Shown here: positions 13,440 through 25,906 of the stretch, piece after piece
Layout of the letters: every line of letters begins with the position of its first letter
How positions within the stretch are numbered: position 1 is the first letter of the stretch
Origin: Chiloscyllium plagiosum
Lineage: Eukaryota
NCBI RefSeq assembly: GCF_004010195.1
Contig: NC_057720.1
Location: forward strand, 91,585,319 to 91,637,271
Reading direction: 5' to 3'
Length of the DNA stretch: 51,953 bases
Made by a program: the position numbers and the translations under genes
Notes under the pieces: generated by a model
What the model saw: the letters and a program-made list of their open reading frames with translations, nothing else
What the model was told of the DNA's origin: nothing
Database searches by the model: none

Positions 13440-14120
13440 CACTGTGAGAAAGAGAGAGAAGCGAGACAGAGAGAGAGAAGCGAGACAGAGAGAGAGAGGT
13501 AGAGGGTGTATATGTGTGTGTGTGTAATTGAGGGATAGAGGGAGGAGCATCTGAGACAGTGTGAGATATGTGAGGGGACCAAGAGTGAGTTGGAGGGAGG
13601 TAGAAATGATGAGGTTGAGGGATAGAGAGAGAGAAACAAGATGTGACTGAGAGGGATGGAGAGAGAGAAAGAGACAGGATGGGTGTGATACCAAAAATGA
13701 AGGGGATCAAGAGAGAGTGGGTAGGGTTGAGTGTGTGTGAGAGAGAGAGATGAGTATGGTTAGACACAAAATGACATAGAGGGAGGGAGAGAGACTGTAG
13801 ATTGGGAATGCAGACAGGGAGGGAGAGACAGAGAGAGGAATATAGAGTGGCAATTAACATTTGGAGGTTTTCAATTGATGCGAGAGATGGAGTGAGTAAC
13901 AGTGAGAGAGAAAGATGCAAAAATAGAGATTATGAGACAGAGTGAGGAAGCGTGAGTGAGTTGGAGAGAGTGGCTACGAGACAGAGTGAGAGTGAGAGAG
14001 AGAAAGAGAGAATATGAAAGAGATTAACAGTGGGAGAAAGAGATAGTAGTAGAGAGAAAGAAGTGGCAGCTGTGAGTCAGGAGGGGAGATTGAGAGAGAG
14101 AGAGAGAGAGAGAGAGAGGT
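13440..14120. repeat. GA-rich low-complexity and (GA)n region
   Basis: Extended degenerate GA/GT dinucleotide tracts. Confidence 0.9.
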
Positions 14121-14129
14121 GGACAGGTC

Positions 14130-14390
14130 CTGGTCACCACATTCTGGGAAGGATGTGATTGTACTTGAGGGGGTGCAGAGATTTCCCAGGATGCTGCCTG
14201 GGATGGAGGGTCAGCTGTGAGGAAAGATTGGAAAGGTTGGGATTGTTTTCCTTGGAGCAGTGAAGGATGAGAGGGGACCTGATAGAGGGGTACAAGATTA
14301 TTCGGGGCAGTGATAGGGTGGGCAGGAAGGCACTTTTTACAAGAGTCAAGGATTCAATAACCAGGGACAGAGATTGAAGGTAACACAGAT
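14130..14390 (+). mobile_element. CR1 3' ORF2 fragment
   Basis: Encodes WSPH..KDVIVLEGVQR and GDLIEGYKI motifs. Confidence 0.75.
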
Positions 14391-14570
14391 ATGGTCACAT
14401 AGAAACTGCTGCAGGAGTAGGCCATTCGGCCCTTTGAGTCTGCTCTGTCATTCAGTATGATCATGGCTGATCCTCCATCACAAAGCCATATTCCTGCTTT
14501 CTCCCCAGTCCCTTCATGCTGTGAAAATGCAAAACAATGATCTCTCTCTTTCTCTTGAATATATTCAGTT

Positions 14571-15070
14571 NNNNNNNNNNNNNNNNNNNNNNNNNNNNNN
14601 NNNNNNNNNNNNNNNNNNNNNNNNNNNNNNNNNNNNNNNNNNNNNNNNNNNNNNNNNNNNNNNNNNNNNNNNNNNNNNNNNNNNNNNNNNNNNNNNNNNN
14701 NNNNNNNNNNNNNNNNNNNNNNNNNNNNNNNNNNNNNNNNNNNNNNNNNNNNNNNNNNNNNNNNNNNNNNNNNNNNNNNNNNNNNNNNNNNNNNNNNNNN
14801 NNNNNNNNNNNNNNNNNNNNNNNNNNNNNNNNNNNNNNNNNNNNNNNNNNNNNNNNNNNNNNNNNNNNNNNNNNNNNNNNNNNNNNNNNNNNNNNNNNNN
14901 NNNNNNNNNNNNNNNNNNNNNNNNNNNNNNNNNNNNNNNNNNNNNNNNNNNNNNNNNNNNNNNNNNNNNNNNNNNNNNNNNNNNNNNNNNNNNNNNNNNN
15001 NNNNNNNNNNNNNNNNNNNNNNNNNNNNNNNNNNNNNNNNNNNNNNNNNNNNNNNNNNNNNNNNNNNNNN
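14571..15070. other. Assembly gap (500 N)
   Basis: Run of N. Confidence 1.
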
Positions 15071-15210
15071 CTGGAGGATGGGATTAGTGTCATCAGATCT
15101 TTGCTGACCAGTTTAGACACAATGGGCCAAATGGTCTCATTCAGTGCTGTTAACATCAATGACTCTCTGAGACAGAGAGAGAGAATAGGAGAGAGAGAGA
15201 GAGAGAGAGA

Positions 15211-15308
15211 AGAGGAAGTATGAGGTACTGACGTGGCTCTCCCTGCCTGATGCTATTTACATACTGAGGAACACCCAGTCAGACTCTCACAAGCTGCAGC
15301 TTTATAAA
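15211..15308 (+). promoter_or_regulatory. Ig light-chain V promoter: PU.1/Ets site, TGACGTGG, variant octamer, TATA
   Basis: AGAGGAAGT 15211-15219, TGACGTGG 15229-15236, ATTTACAT 15255-15262 (1 mismatch to ATTTGCAT), TTTATAAA 15301-15308, about 60 nt upstream of the leader ATG. Confidence 0.7.
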
Positions 15309-15368
15309 GCAGAGCCCAGTGAAGGGAGAGTTTATCAGGAACCAGGCACAGGGACAGGAGCACACATC

Positions 15369-15418
15369 ATGATTTCACACATCCAGCATGATCTGGCCCC
15401 TGGCATTCTGTGTCGCAG
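15369..15418 (+). CDS. IGKV: Ig kappa-type leader exon (L-PART1) with an apparent 1-nt insertion; alternative in-frame ATG at 15388
   Basis: Reads MISHIQ[+1]..IWPLAFCVA with a gcag|gtac donor. The 50 nt from the first ATG are out of frame with V, while the 31 nt from ATG 15388 are in phase 1. Confidence 0.85.
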
Positions 15419-15604
15419 GTACAAATCTCTCTGCTTCCACCTTGAATCTTTAGCTGCTCTCCATTTCACTCCAATTCCACTGACTTGTGATTGAAGGGAA
15501 AATGCTGAAACCAGAGGAATGCTCAGTGTCTCCAACAATCTCTCATTTGACAGACTCTTTCTGTGACAGTTCTGACTTCACTGTGTTTCTCTCTGACCCC
15601 TCAG

Positions 15605-15934
15605 GTATCAGTGGGGACATCATCATGACCCAGTCTCCCCCGGTGCTGTCAGTGGGACTGGGCCAGACCACAACCATCACCTGTACGGCCAGTCAAGACC
15701 TTAGCAACTACCTTTATTGGTACCAACAGCGAGAAGGTCAGAAACCCTCTCTCCTGATCTATGCTGCAACAAATCGATACACAGGAGTCTCCGATCGATT
15801 CACCGGCAGTGGATCAGGGACCGGTTTCACCCTGACAATCAGCAACGTTCAGAATGAGGATGTCGCTGACTATTACTGTCAGCACTATGACAGCTGGTCT
15901 ATTACGTTCGGTAAAGGAACCAAGCTCCGACTGA
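15605..15934 (+). CDS. IGKV: Germline-joined V-J exon, shark kappa (type III / NS4-like) light chain
   Basis: tcag|gt acceptor, then [12 protein letters not shown]...C...WYQQ...LLIY...[22 protein letters not shown], then a perfect a|gtaagt donor. No RSS lies between V and J. Confidence 0.97.
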
Positions 15935-16369
15935 GTAAGTAAACTTCAATCCTCCGTTATTATCCCTTTCAATCTCTAAACACAATTTCTAAAACACAAA
16001 TGTTGAATTGTTGAAGTGTTGCAGTGAATGAAATGTTTGATTGAGGAACACCATGTCCCATGGGGTGTACACCTGTGTCTCTTTAGTTCCATTGCCCCCT
16101 TTAAGCAGCAAGATATAAGTCAGTAAGTTTTACTCACTGTGTGGAGGAGCTCTGTCCATTTGCAGCCTGTGGTCCCATTCCTGCAGCATGGAGTGAAATC
16201 AGTGAGTGGCCTCCTGCCAGTCTCAGTGTGACGGACACGGGCAGAGTTTGATGTGAGCTCTGGCTCCCTGTCCCAGTCTCTGACCCCACTGACCTCAGCA
16301 GCAGCAGCAGCAGCAGCAGCACAGTGAGACACCGAGCTCCCCCCTCCCCCAGCTTTAACTCTGCTCAAT

Positions 16370-19300
16370 CACACAATCACACAATCACAGAATTGTTATA
16401 GCGCACACGGAGGCCGTTCTGCCCATCCTGTCTGGACCGGATCTCAAAATGAGCAATTCACTTGAGTGTCATTCTCCTGCCTTCTCCCTGTCACCCTGCA
16501 CATTGTTCCTTTTCAAATAACAATCTCATTCCCTTCGGAATGTTTCAATTGAAGCTGCCTCCACCACACTCTCAGGCAGTGCATTCCACACCTTAACCAC
16601 CCACTGGTTGAAAATGATGTTCCCCATCTCACTTTTGTTACTTTTTCCAATTACTTTAAATCTGTGGCCTCTCAGTCTCAATCCTTTCTCAAGTGAGAAC
16701 ATTTTCTCCCTATTTACTCTGTCCAGGCCCCTCTTGGTTTTAATTCCTCGATCAAATCTTCTCTCAGCCTTCTCCAAAGAAGACAGTCCCAAATTCTCCA
16801 AACTATCTTCATAACTGATGTTCTTCATCCCTGGAATGATCTTTGGGAATATTTTTTGCCATTTCTACAAAGCTTCACCTTCTTCCTGAATGATTCACAT
16901 TATCTATGTCCCTCATGGTTTTATAAACCTCTATATTGTCACTCCTCAGACTCTTACACTTAGGGTAAAAAAGTCTCAGCTTTTTCCAGCCCCTCATAGT
17001 CATGGAGTCATACAGCGTGGAAACAGACCCTTTAATCCAACTTGTCCATGCTAACCAGATATCTTAAACTGACCTCATCCCATTTGCCAGCATTTGGCTT
17101 ACATCCCTCGAAACCCTTCCTATCCATGTACCCATCCCAATGTGTTTTAAATGCTGTAATTTGATCTGCCTCCAACACTTTCTCTGGCAGCTCGATCCAG
17201 ACGCGCATCACCCTCTGTGTGACAAGTTACCCCTCAGGTCTCTTTTGAATCTTTTCCCTCTCACCTTAAACCTATGCTGTCTTCTTTTGACTCCCTTTCC
17301 TAAGGAAAAGACCTTGGATATACACCCTGTCCATGCCCCTCATGATTTTATAAAGAACTATAACATCACCCCTCGGACTTGGATGCTGCAGGGAAAATAG
17401 GTCCAGTTTCTTCAGTCTCTCCTAACAGCTCAAACCCTCCAGTTCCTGGTTACGTCCTTGTAAATCTTTTCTGCAGCTTTTTAAGTTTAGCATCACCCTT
17501 CCTTTCACAGGATGATCAGAATTGTTCTAAAGCGGCCTAAAGCGGCCTCACCAATCTCCTGTATAGCTGCAACATGATGTCCCAACTCCTGTACTCAATG
17601 TAGTGACCAAGAAAGAAAAGCGTACCCAACGCCTGCGACTCCACTGTCAAGGAATAATCCACCAGCACCTTCACCATCGGTCTCTTTGTTCAGCAACACT
17701 CCACAGGGCCCTACCAATAACCGTATCGTCATATTTATCTGAATTAAACTCCATCTCCATTCCTCAGCCCACTGGCCCAGTTGGTCAAGATCCTATTGCA
17801 CTCTGAGACAGCCTGCTTCACTGTCCACGATGCCACCTGAAAATTCACCTGAACACACTCTCACAACTCTAGCCCCTCCCTGCCCAATACACTGTTACTA
17901 CTCCAGTCTATATTCAGAAATTAAAGAGCCCACCCCCCATTTATAATAACTCTATCATATTTGCAGTTCTCCTGTAAATTCCTTGCATTTGTATTCCTCT
18001 ACATCCTTCCCACTGGGTGGTGACTTACTGACTGCACATAGGATTCTGTGGTCCTTGGTGTTCCTCTTTGATATTTCCCCCTGGCTCCCACAGCCCTGCA
18101 AAGGTAGCTTAAACCATCTCCAACAGCACTAATAAATCATCCCAAAGGAACTCAGTCCCAGCTCTGCTCAGGAGCAACCCCGTTTAGTCTATTCAGGTCC
18201 CATCTCCCCTAGACCCAGTCCCAATGTCCCAAGAATCTAAAGCCCGCCTTCCTGGAACCCTCTTTCCTGCCCCACAGTCACCTGTGTTATCCTCCTCACT
18301 TGCATGGGATACTGGGAGTAATCCAGAGAATCCTACTTTTGAGTTCCTGTTGCTAATTCCCTCCTGAGTTCCCTAAATTCTGACTGCAGGACCATATCCC
18401 TTTTCTCCCTCTGTCACTGGGACTGATGTGGACCACAACTGCAGAATGTTCCCCCTCTCTCCTCAGGGTGCTCTGCAGCCGCTCAGTGACATCCTTGACC
18501 GTGGCACCAGGGAGACAACACACCATCCTGGATTTCCATCTGCAGCTGCAGAAACACCTATCAATAGCCCTCACTCTCGAATCTCCTCTTACTATCGCTC
18601 TTCTCGTCTTCCTTGTGCCCCTCTGTACAGCTGAGCCCTCCCCATGGTGCCAGGGACTTGGCTCTGGCTGCACTCCCCAGATGAACCATCATTCTCATCA
18701 GGATTCTGATCTAAATCCTAGTTGGAGAGTGAGATGCACTGAGGGGATTCCAGTACGAGCAGCCTGGTCCTTTTGGACTGTCTGCTGCTCCCCCATTTCC
18801 TCTTTCCCTGCATACTCTGAAGCTGCAGAGTGACCACATCTAGAAACGTGCTCTCCACAGAGCTCTCAGCCTCACGGACTCTCTGCACTGACACCAGCTG
18901 CTGCTCAAGCTCCGAAACCTGGAGCTCCAACTGCTGTCACTGACCACACTTCCTACACTCATGGTATTCCAGGAGCTAGGAAGCATTCTGAAGTTTCCAA
19001 ATAGATGCACACTCTCTCCACTCTTCAGTTATCTCTTGGCAAAGTTCTGATAACAAACAGCTACAGCAGGGCTCACAGTCCAGTGGGTTCAGTGTTCCAG
19101 GGGTTTGGGGAAACTCTCCAGAAGACTTTAAGAAATAGGAGCAGAAATCAGCCATTCAGCCCATGGAATCTGCTCTGCCATTTGATCTTGGCAGATATGC
19201 TTCTCACCCCCATTCTGCTGCCTACTCCTCAGGAACCTTCCATCCCCTTAACAATCACGAACCTATCTATCTCTGTCTTAAATACACTCAGTGACTTGGC

Positions 19301-22300
19301 CTCCACTGCCCTCTGTAGCTCTGTTCCACAGATTCCCCATGCTCTGGCTGAAGAAATTCCTCCTCATCTCTGCTCTAAAGGGTTGGCCCTTCACTCTGAG
19401 GCTGTGCCTTGGTTACCGAGTCTGTCCTGTTTTTGGAAACATCTTCTCTGCATCCACCCTATCCAGACCTCTCAGTATTCTGTAAATTTCAATAAGATCC
19501 CTCCTCATCCTTCTAAACTCCATCGAGTACAGACCCAGAATCCTCAACCGTGCCTCATATGACAAGCCCTTCATCCCCAGGATCACTCTTGTAAGCCCCT
19601 CCAATGCCAGCACATTGTTTCTTAGAACATGGGTCCCAAATCTGTTCACAATATTCCAAATGCAGTCTGACTAGAGCCTTACACAGCCTCAGCAGTACAT
19701 CTCTGCTCTTGTATTCCGGCCCTATTGAAATGAATTCTATCACTTCATTTGTCTTCCCAAGCACAAACTGGACCTGCCTGTTAACCTGAAGAGAAACCTG
19801 AATGAGGTTTGTGCTTTAGATTTCCAAAGGCTTTCCTCATCTAGAAAACAGTCTTTGCATCTCTTCTTCCTCCCAAAGTGCATACCCTTACACTGTTACA
19901 CATTGTATTCTATCTGCCCCTTCTTTGCTCACTCTCCGAACCTATCCAGGACCTTTAGCAGCCTTCCCACTTCCTCAACACTACCTGTCCCTCCACCTAT
20001 CTCATGTCACCTGCAAACTTAGCAACAATGTCTTCACTTCCTTCATCCAGATTGTTCATGTATAACGTGAATAGTTATGGTCCCAACATTGACACATGCA
20101 GAACTCTACTAGTCACCAGTGGCCATTTTTCCTCATTCTCTGCTTTATGCCAACCTGTCCGTCCCCAGTCCATGCCAGTACAGTGCCCCTAACACTATGG
20201 ACTCTTAATTTATGTCAAAGGCCTTCTGGAAATCCAATAGATTACTTCCTTGGACTCTCCTTTGTCTGACTGGCTCAGTGCATCCTCAAAGAATTCTAAC
20301 ATATTTGCCAGGCATGACCTCCCTTGATGAAACCGTGTTGACTCAGCCTTATTTTACCATTGCACTTCCAAGTCCTCTGCAATTTCATCCTTAAATTGAA
20401 GTCTAAAACCTTACCAACAATAGTCCAGGCTAACTGGCCTATAATTTCCCATCTTCCAAACCCCTCCCTTCTTAAACAGGAGCCACTTTCTATTTCCTTG
20501 CCCCCATCAAATCCCTCCCCACCCCACCTCCACACCCTGACTCCATTGATTCCTGAAAGATCATCACCAATGTCCCCACAATCTCCTCAGTGATCTCCTT
20601 CAGAACACATGGGTGAAGTTCATCCAGTCTGGGTGATTTATCCACATTCAGACCTTTCAGCTTTCCCAGTACCTCCTCCTTAGTGATGGCCACTACACTA
20701 CCCTTTGCCCCCTGACAGTCTTGAAGTACTGGTATTCTGCTGGTGTTTTCCATTGTGCAGACTGATGCAAAGTATCTATTCAATTCCTCTGCTGTTTCTA
20801 TTATTCTTTCTTCAGCCTCATTTTCCAGCATTCCAATGTCTACTTTTGCCTCCCTCTTCCTTTTCATAAATCTGATAAAACTCTTGCAATCTTCTTTTGT
20901 ATTACTGGCCAGCTTACCCCCACATTTCACCTTCTCCAGCATTAATGCTTTTTTCGTTATCCTCTCCAGGTTTTTAAAGACTTCCTAATCCTCTGGCTTC
21001 CCACTATTCTCCACCATATTGTATGCCTTTTCTTTTGCTTTTATGCTGTCCTTGACCTCCCTCATCAGCCATGGTTGCCTTGTATGTTTCTTCCTTTTTG
21101 GGAAGAGTTCCTGCTCTGCTTCCTGAATTACCCCCAGAAACTCTGCTGTTTGCTGCCCCACCGTCTTACCTGCTTGGCTCCCCTTCCAATCAACTCTGGC
21201 CAGCTCCTTCCTCATGTCTTTGTAATTCCCTTTACTCAACTGAAATACTGTTCCATCTGATTGCAGCTTCTCCCTCTCAACTTACAGGGGGAGTTCGATC
21301 ATATTATGGTCACTTATCCACAGGGATACTTTCACCTTAAACTCACTAATCAAGTTTGCCTCATTACACATCGCTGAATCCAGAACTGCCTGTTCCATAA
21401 TGGCTCAACCACAAGCTGCTCCAAAAACCATCTCATAAACATTCCATGAAATCCTCTCCTTGAGACACGCTACCCAGTCCACCTATCCATTGAAGTCTGC
21501 CCTGACATTTTGTATCTGGCTTTTCTGTCTCCTGATTGATTTTCTTCCCCACACCCTGATTACTGCTTCGAGACCTGGACATAACTTGCATCAGATTCTT
21601 TATTTATTGCGATTCCTCAACTCTACCCACACAGATTCTACACCTTCTGACTCTCTATCACTTCTTGCTATTGATTGAATTTTATTTCACACTAACAAGG
21701 CCCTCTGCCCATCTGCCTGTCCTTTTGATAGGACACGGATCCTTGGATATTTAGTTCCCAGCCCGGATCCCCTTACAGCCATGTCTCTGTGATACCCACA
21801 ACATCGTACTGCCAGTTTCAATCTGCACGACAAGCTCATTGTGTATACTGTGTGCTTTAAAGTACAACACCCTCAGTCCTGCATTGACTGCCCTCCTTCT
21901 CATCATTGTCCTCTTATCTGCTGGGCTTTACGTTCGACTCCTGATCCTGTCCGTTTATATCTTCTCGAAACTTAAATAATCTCCCCTGAGCCCTCCTCCA
22001 CTTTAACTAGGTTAAATTCCTTGGAAACTCAGTTTACTTGGATTTGTGGCATCACTTTGTCTACCTTACTCAGAATGCTTTGTGCATTTAGTTACAACCT
22101 CTTTAAGTTTGTTCCATTATTGATTTTCCCAGCACTTCTTTGATCCTTTGATATTCAAAACTTCCGTCCCTACCTTTTATTTTCTGGTAACAATCAATCC
22201 CATCACTAACCAGCAATCCTACCTTCTCCTTCACCTTCTGTTTTCTCATTTTCCATCCAACTGAACCAAATTACTTTCTCTTTGGGTTGACTTCATGCAT

Positions 22301-25300
22301 GGTGGCTCAGTGGTGAGCACTGCTACCTCACAGCACCAAGGACCTGGGTTCAATTCCCCCCTTGGGAAATTGTCTGTGTAGTGTTTGCACATTCTCCCTG
22401 TGTCTGTGTGGGTTTCCCCCAGATGCTCTGGTTTACTCCCACTGTCCAAAGATGTGCAGGTCAGGTGAATTGGCCATTCGAAATTGCCTATAGTGTTAGG
22501 TGAAATAGTCAGGAGTAAATGTAGGGAAAGTTTCTGGGTGGACTGCTGTTCGGAGGGTTGGTGTGGACTTGTCAGGCTAAACTGCCTGTTTCCACACTGT
22601 AGGGAATCTAATCAGGCCAATATTTATCATTAATCCAACATCATTATTGCTCTTTGATCTGATTGCTTCTAGTTGGATCTTGCTGTGTAGAAACTGGCTG
22701 CCACATTCCTAACATTGCAACAGTGACTGCTTGTCAAACAAAACTGTTTGTAAATGTCTTTGGGAGAGCCTGAAATGTTAAGGGCTAGATTGATGCCCAT
22801 ATCCCTCTAAACTCTTCCTATTTACATATTCATACCTTTTAAATGCTGTAACTGTACCAGCCTTCACCACTTCTCCTTGCAGCTCATTCCATACATTTAA
22901 CACCCTCTGAATGAAAACGTTGCCCCTAAGGTCCCTTTTAAATCTTTCCCCTGTCACCTTCAACCTATGCCCTCCAGTTCTGAACTCCCCCACTCTGGAG
23001 AAAAGATCTTCTCTATTCACCCTATCTATGCCCCTCATGATTTTATAAACCTTTATATGGTCACCTATCAACCTGCAATGAGCCAGGGAAAATAGCCTCA
23101 GCCTATTCAGCCTCTCCCTTTCGCACAAATCCTCCAACCCTGGCAACATCCTTGTAAATCTTTTCTGAACCATTTTAAGGTTCTCAACATTTTTCCTGTA
23201 GCAGGGAGACCAGAATTGCACACAGTATTCCAAAAGTGCCCTAATCAAGGTCCTGGACAGCCACAGCAGCTCCCAACTCCAATACTCAATGCACTAACCA
23301 ATAAAAGAAAGCAAACCAAATGACTTTGTCACCCCCCACCTATCTGCAACTCCACTTTCAGGGAACAATTCTTCTTTTTTTGGATGAACTGGGAGTCTCT
23401 CAGTTGTGAAAGATGCCATTCATGGCACTGTTGGATGAAGTGCAGGCAGTTCCCCCTGGTGTCCCTGATCAATATTTATCCCCAGTCAAAATCACTAAAA
23501 ATGTATTTCTCTGCTAATTATCCCACGGTGTTTGGGATCTCGCTGTGCACAGTCTGCAGGAAAGAGCCATTGGGACATCCTGAGTTGAAGACAGGTGTGA
23601 CACAAATGCAAGTCTTTCTTTAAGATTGGAGTCTCCTGATCCGGACCCTCACCCATTGTCTGCGCACTGTCACCTTCCAGGGGGCATGGGGTCATTAGGA
23701 GCAGTGACCCTGTCTGACCCTAGGACACTGAGACTCTTTGCAGCCTCACCCTTGATGTCAGCTCAGTGGTGTGCAGCAAGGTTTGAAATGTAATCTAGAA
23801 CCTTCTACACTGACACCCAACGTGACTATTTCCCGAAGTGTGTGGATCCGAGTCTGCTCCAATGTTTTGTGATAAATCTCTCCTGATCTGTGGGTGATCA
23901 GAGGTTTGTTAAAGAGGTATCGAGCTCCATCCCACTTTCCAGCTCTTGCTCCACAGCTCTGGAGGTTTCGCTGTTTGAAGTGAATAGCCAAGTGTTTTTT
24001 CAATGTGATGAGGGTTTCTACCTCTCCCACCCTTTCAGAAAGTGAGTCCCAGATCCCACCAACCTGTGGGTGAAAACAAATGCCCTCAACTCCCCTATAA
24101 CCCTGCCCCCAACTGATTTCAATCTCTCCCCATGGTTATTGCCCTCTGTGCTGGTGGAAATCATCCTTCCTATCCACTCTGAAAGGCCCCTTATCATTTT
24201 ACACACCACCATCAAATCTCCCGTCAGCCACCTCTGTTCCAAAGAAAACACTCCCAGCCAAACCAATCATTCCTCAAATCTCAAAGTCCCCATTCCAGAC
24301 AAACTCCTCCTCTGTCCCCGTCTCTAATAGGATAACATCCTTCCTGTAATGTGGTGACCAGAACCGTACACTGTTCTCTCCCTGTGCTCTAACTGGGGTT
24401 TTATTTCGTTCCAGAATAAACAAACTCCTTGCTTTCACAGTCAACCAAAAATGAGATAAGGAAGGGAATGATCAAATGGTATTATTGCTGAACTGTTAAT
24501 CCAGAGATCCAGGTAATGTTCTGGGGACCAGGGTTAGAATCCAGCAGATGGTGGCATTCAAATTCAATCAAAACAAATCTGCAATTAAGAGTCTAATGAT
24601 GACCATGAAACCATTGTTGATTGTCAGGAAAAAAACCATCTGATTCCCTAATGTCCTTTCGGGAAAGAAACTGCCATCCTTACCATGTGACCCCAGACCC
24701 ACAACAATATGGTTGACTCTAAACTGCCCTCTGGGTGATTAGCGATGGGCAATAAATGCTGCCAATTCAGCAATTGCCCTCATTCCATCAAGGGAAAATG
24801 AAAAACAGTTTATCACATGTGTCTTCTTAACCACCTTACTGACCTGCACTAATCACCATTGCCACATCTTCCACCTCCACACACATTTGACTTCCAGCTT
24901 CAAACTGATGAGAGACATTTCTTCATTATCTGAGAAACAGATAGATACATCCAAACTAGGAGCAACAGTAGGCCATTCGGCCCCTCAAGCCTGCTCCATC
25001 ATTCAATATGATCATAGCTGATCATCCAACACAGTCCCCTGTTCCTGCTTTGTTCCCAAATTCTTTGATCCCTTTAATCCAAAGAACTATATCTAATTCT
25101 TTATTGAACACATACTGCATCTAATTCCCTCATGTTGGAAAAATGGATGACAATTATTGAGTTGTTGTTTTTTGACCAGTATGGACACAAAGGGCTGATG
25201 GGCCTTTTGAGTCTTTCTGACTCGATGACCCTATTATTATATTTTATGAATAACTGAGTACCAAGTACTGACCCCCTGTGGCACCCTAAGTTGTAACTAC

Positions 25301-25560
25301 CTGTCATTCAGAAAAAGACTCATTCTTTCTGTGCTGTCGGCCAACCAGTACCCAATCCATGTCAGTACATGACCCTCAATCCTCTTGTTCATTTGGTTTA
25401 GATCTGGAAGGCCCACCCTTACTCTTTGTGGGAACAGATTCTGAACGATCTCTGTCTCATCCTTCAAGGACTCCCATTGTCTTGACACTGATTTCCCATC
25501 ATGCCATTGGTTCCGATCCACTTTTACCAAAGCACCACACAGTTGAGTAAAATGAAAACT
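16370..25560. mobile_element. J-C intron filled with nested CR1 LINE fragments (mostly -), including an ORF1 SGNH-esterase remnant at ~18100-18960
   Basis: ORF1 motif AIVRGDS...VCCLPGATVKDVTERL and ORF2 motifs KSPRLDELHP, LEYCVQFWSP and QRVLNVWNEL. Confidence 0.85.
22296..22614 (+). mobile_element. HE1-like tRNA SINE present only in duplication arm 1
   Basis: Runs ggtggctcagtggtgagcactgct...ggttcaattcc...tctaatca. The paralogous site in arm 2 (~50840) is empty. Confidence 0.9.
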
Positions 25561-25906
25561 TTTACACTTGCTCCATGGTTCTTCATTTCCATCCCTACTC
25601 TCAATCTCACTGAGTTCTGAGCACTGTCACTAAAATGCTCCCCCATTGATAGCCCTTCCAGCTTTCCACTTTCATTTTATAAACAATGGTCCAAAACTGT
25701 CCCTTCTCTCTCTGCTGCTTCACCATCACCTTCTCAGGGGCAATTAGGGATGGGTAATAAATGCTGGCCCTGCCAGTGATACTCACATCCCAAGAAGCAA
25801 TTTGAACAATGCCTGGTCGTTTGTTGGGTTTATTCTGTATTGACTAAAAATGTTCAAAAAGATTGTATGGCCAGTGAATATTATAATTTCTCCTCTTATC
25901 TTTCAA

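Noticed and set aside
14461-15223. Long ORFs containing X
   Set aside because: Artefacts of the N gap; the same applies to 46559-46840
15487-15604. N-terminal extension of the V ORF (likewise upstream of both C ORFs)
   Set aside because: Intron read-through upstream of the splice acceptors
24541-24556. CTCF-like CCAGCAGATGGTGG
   Set aside because: Weaker match that lies within a SINE-like repeat
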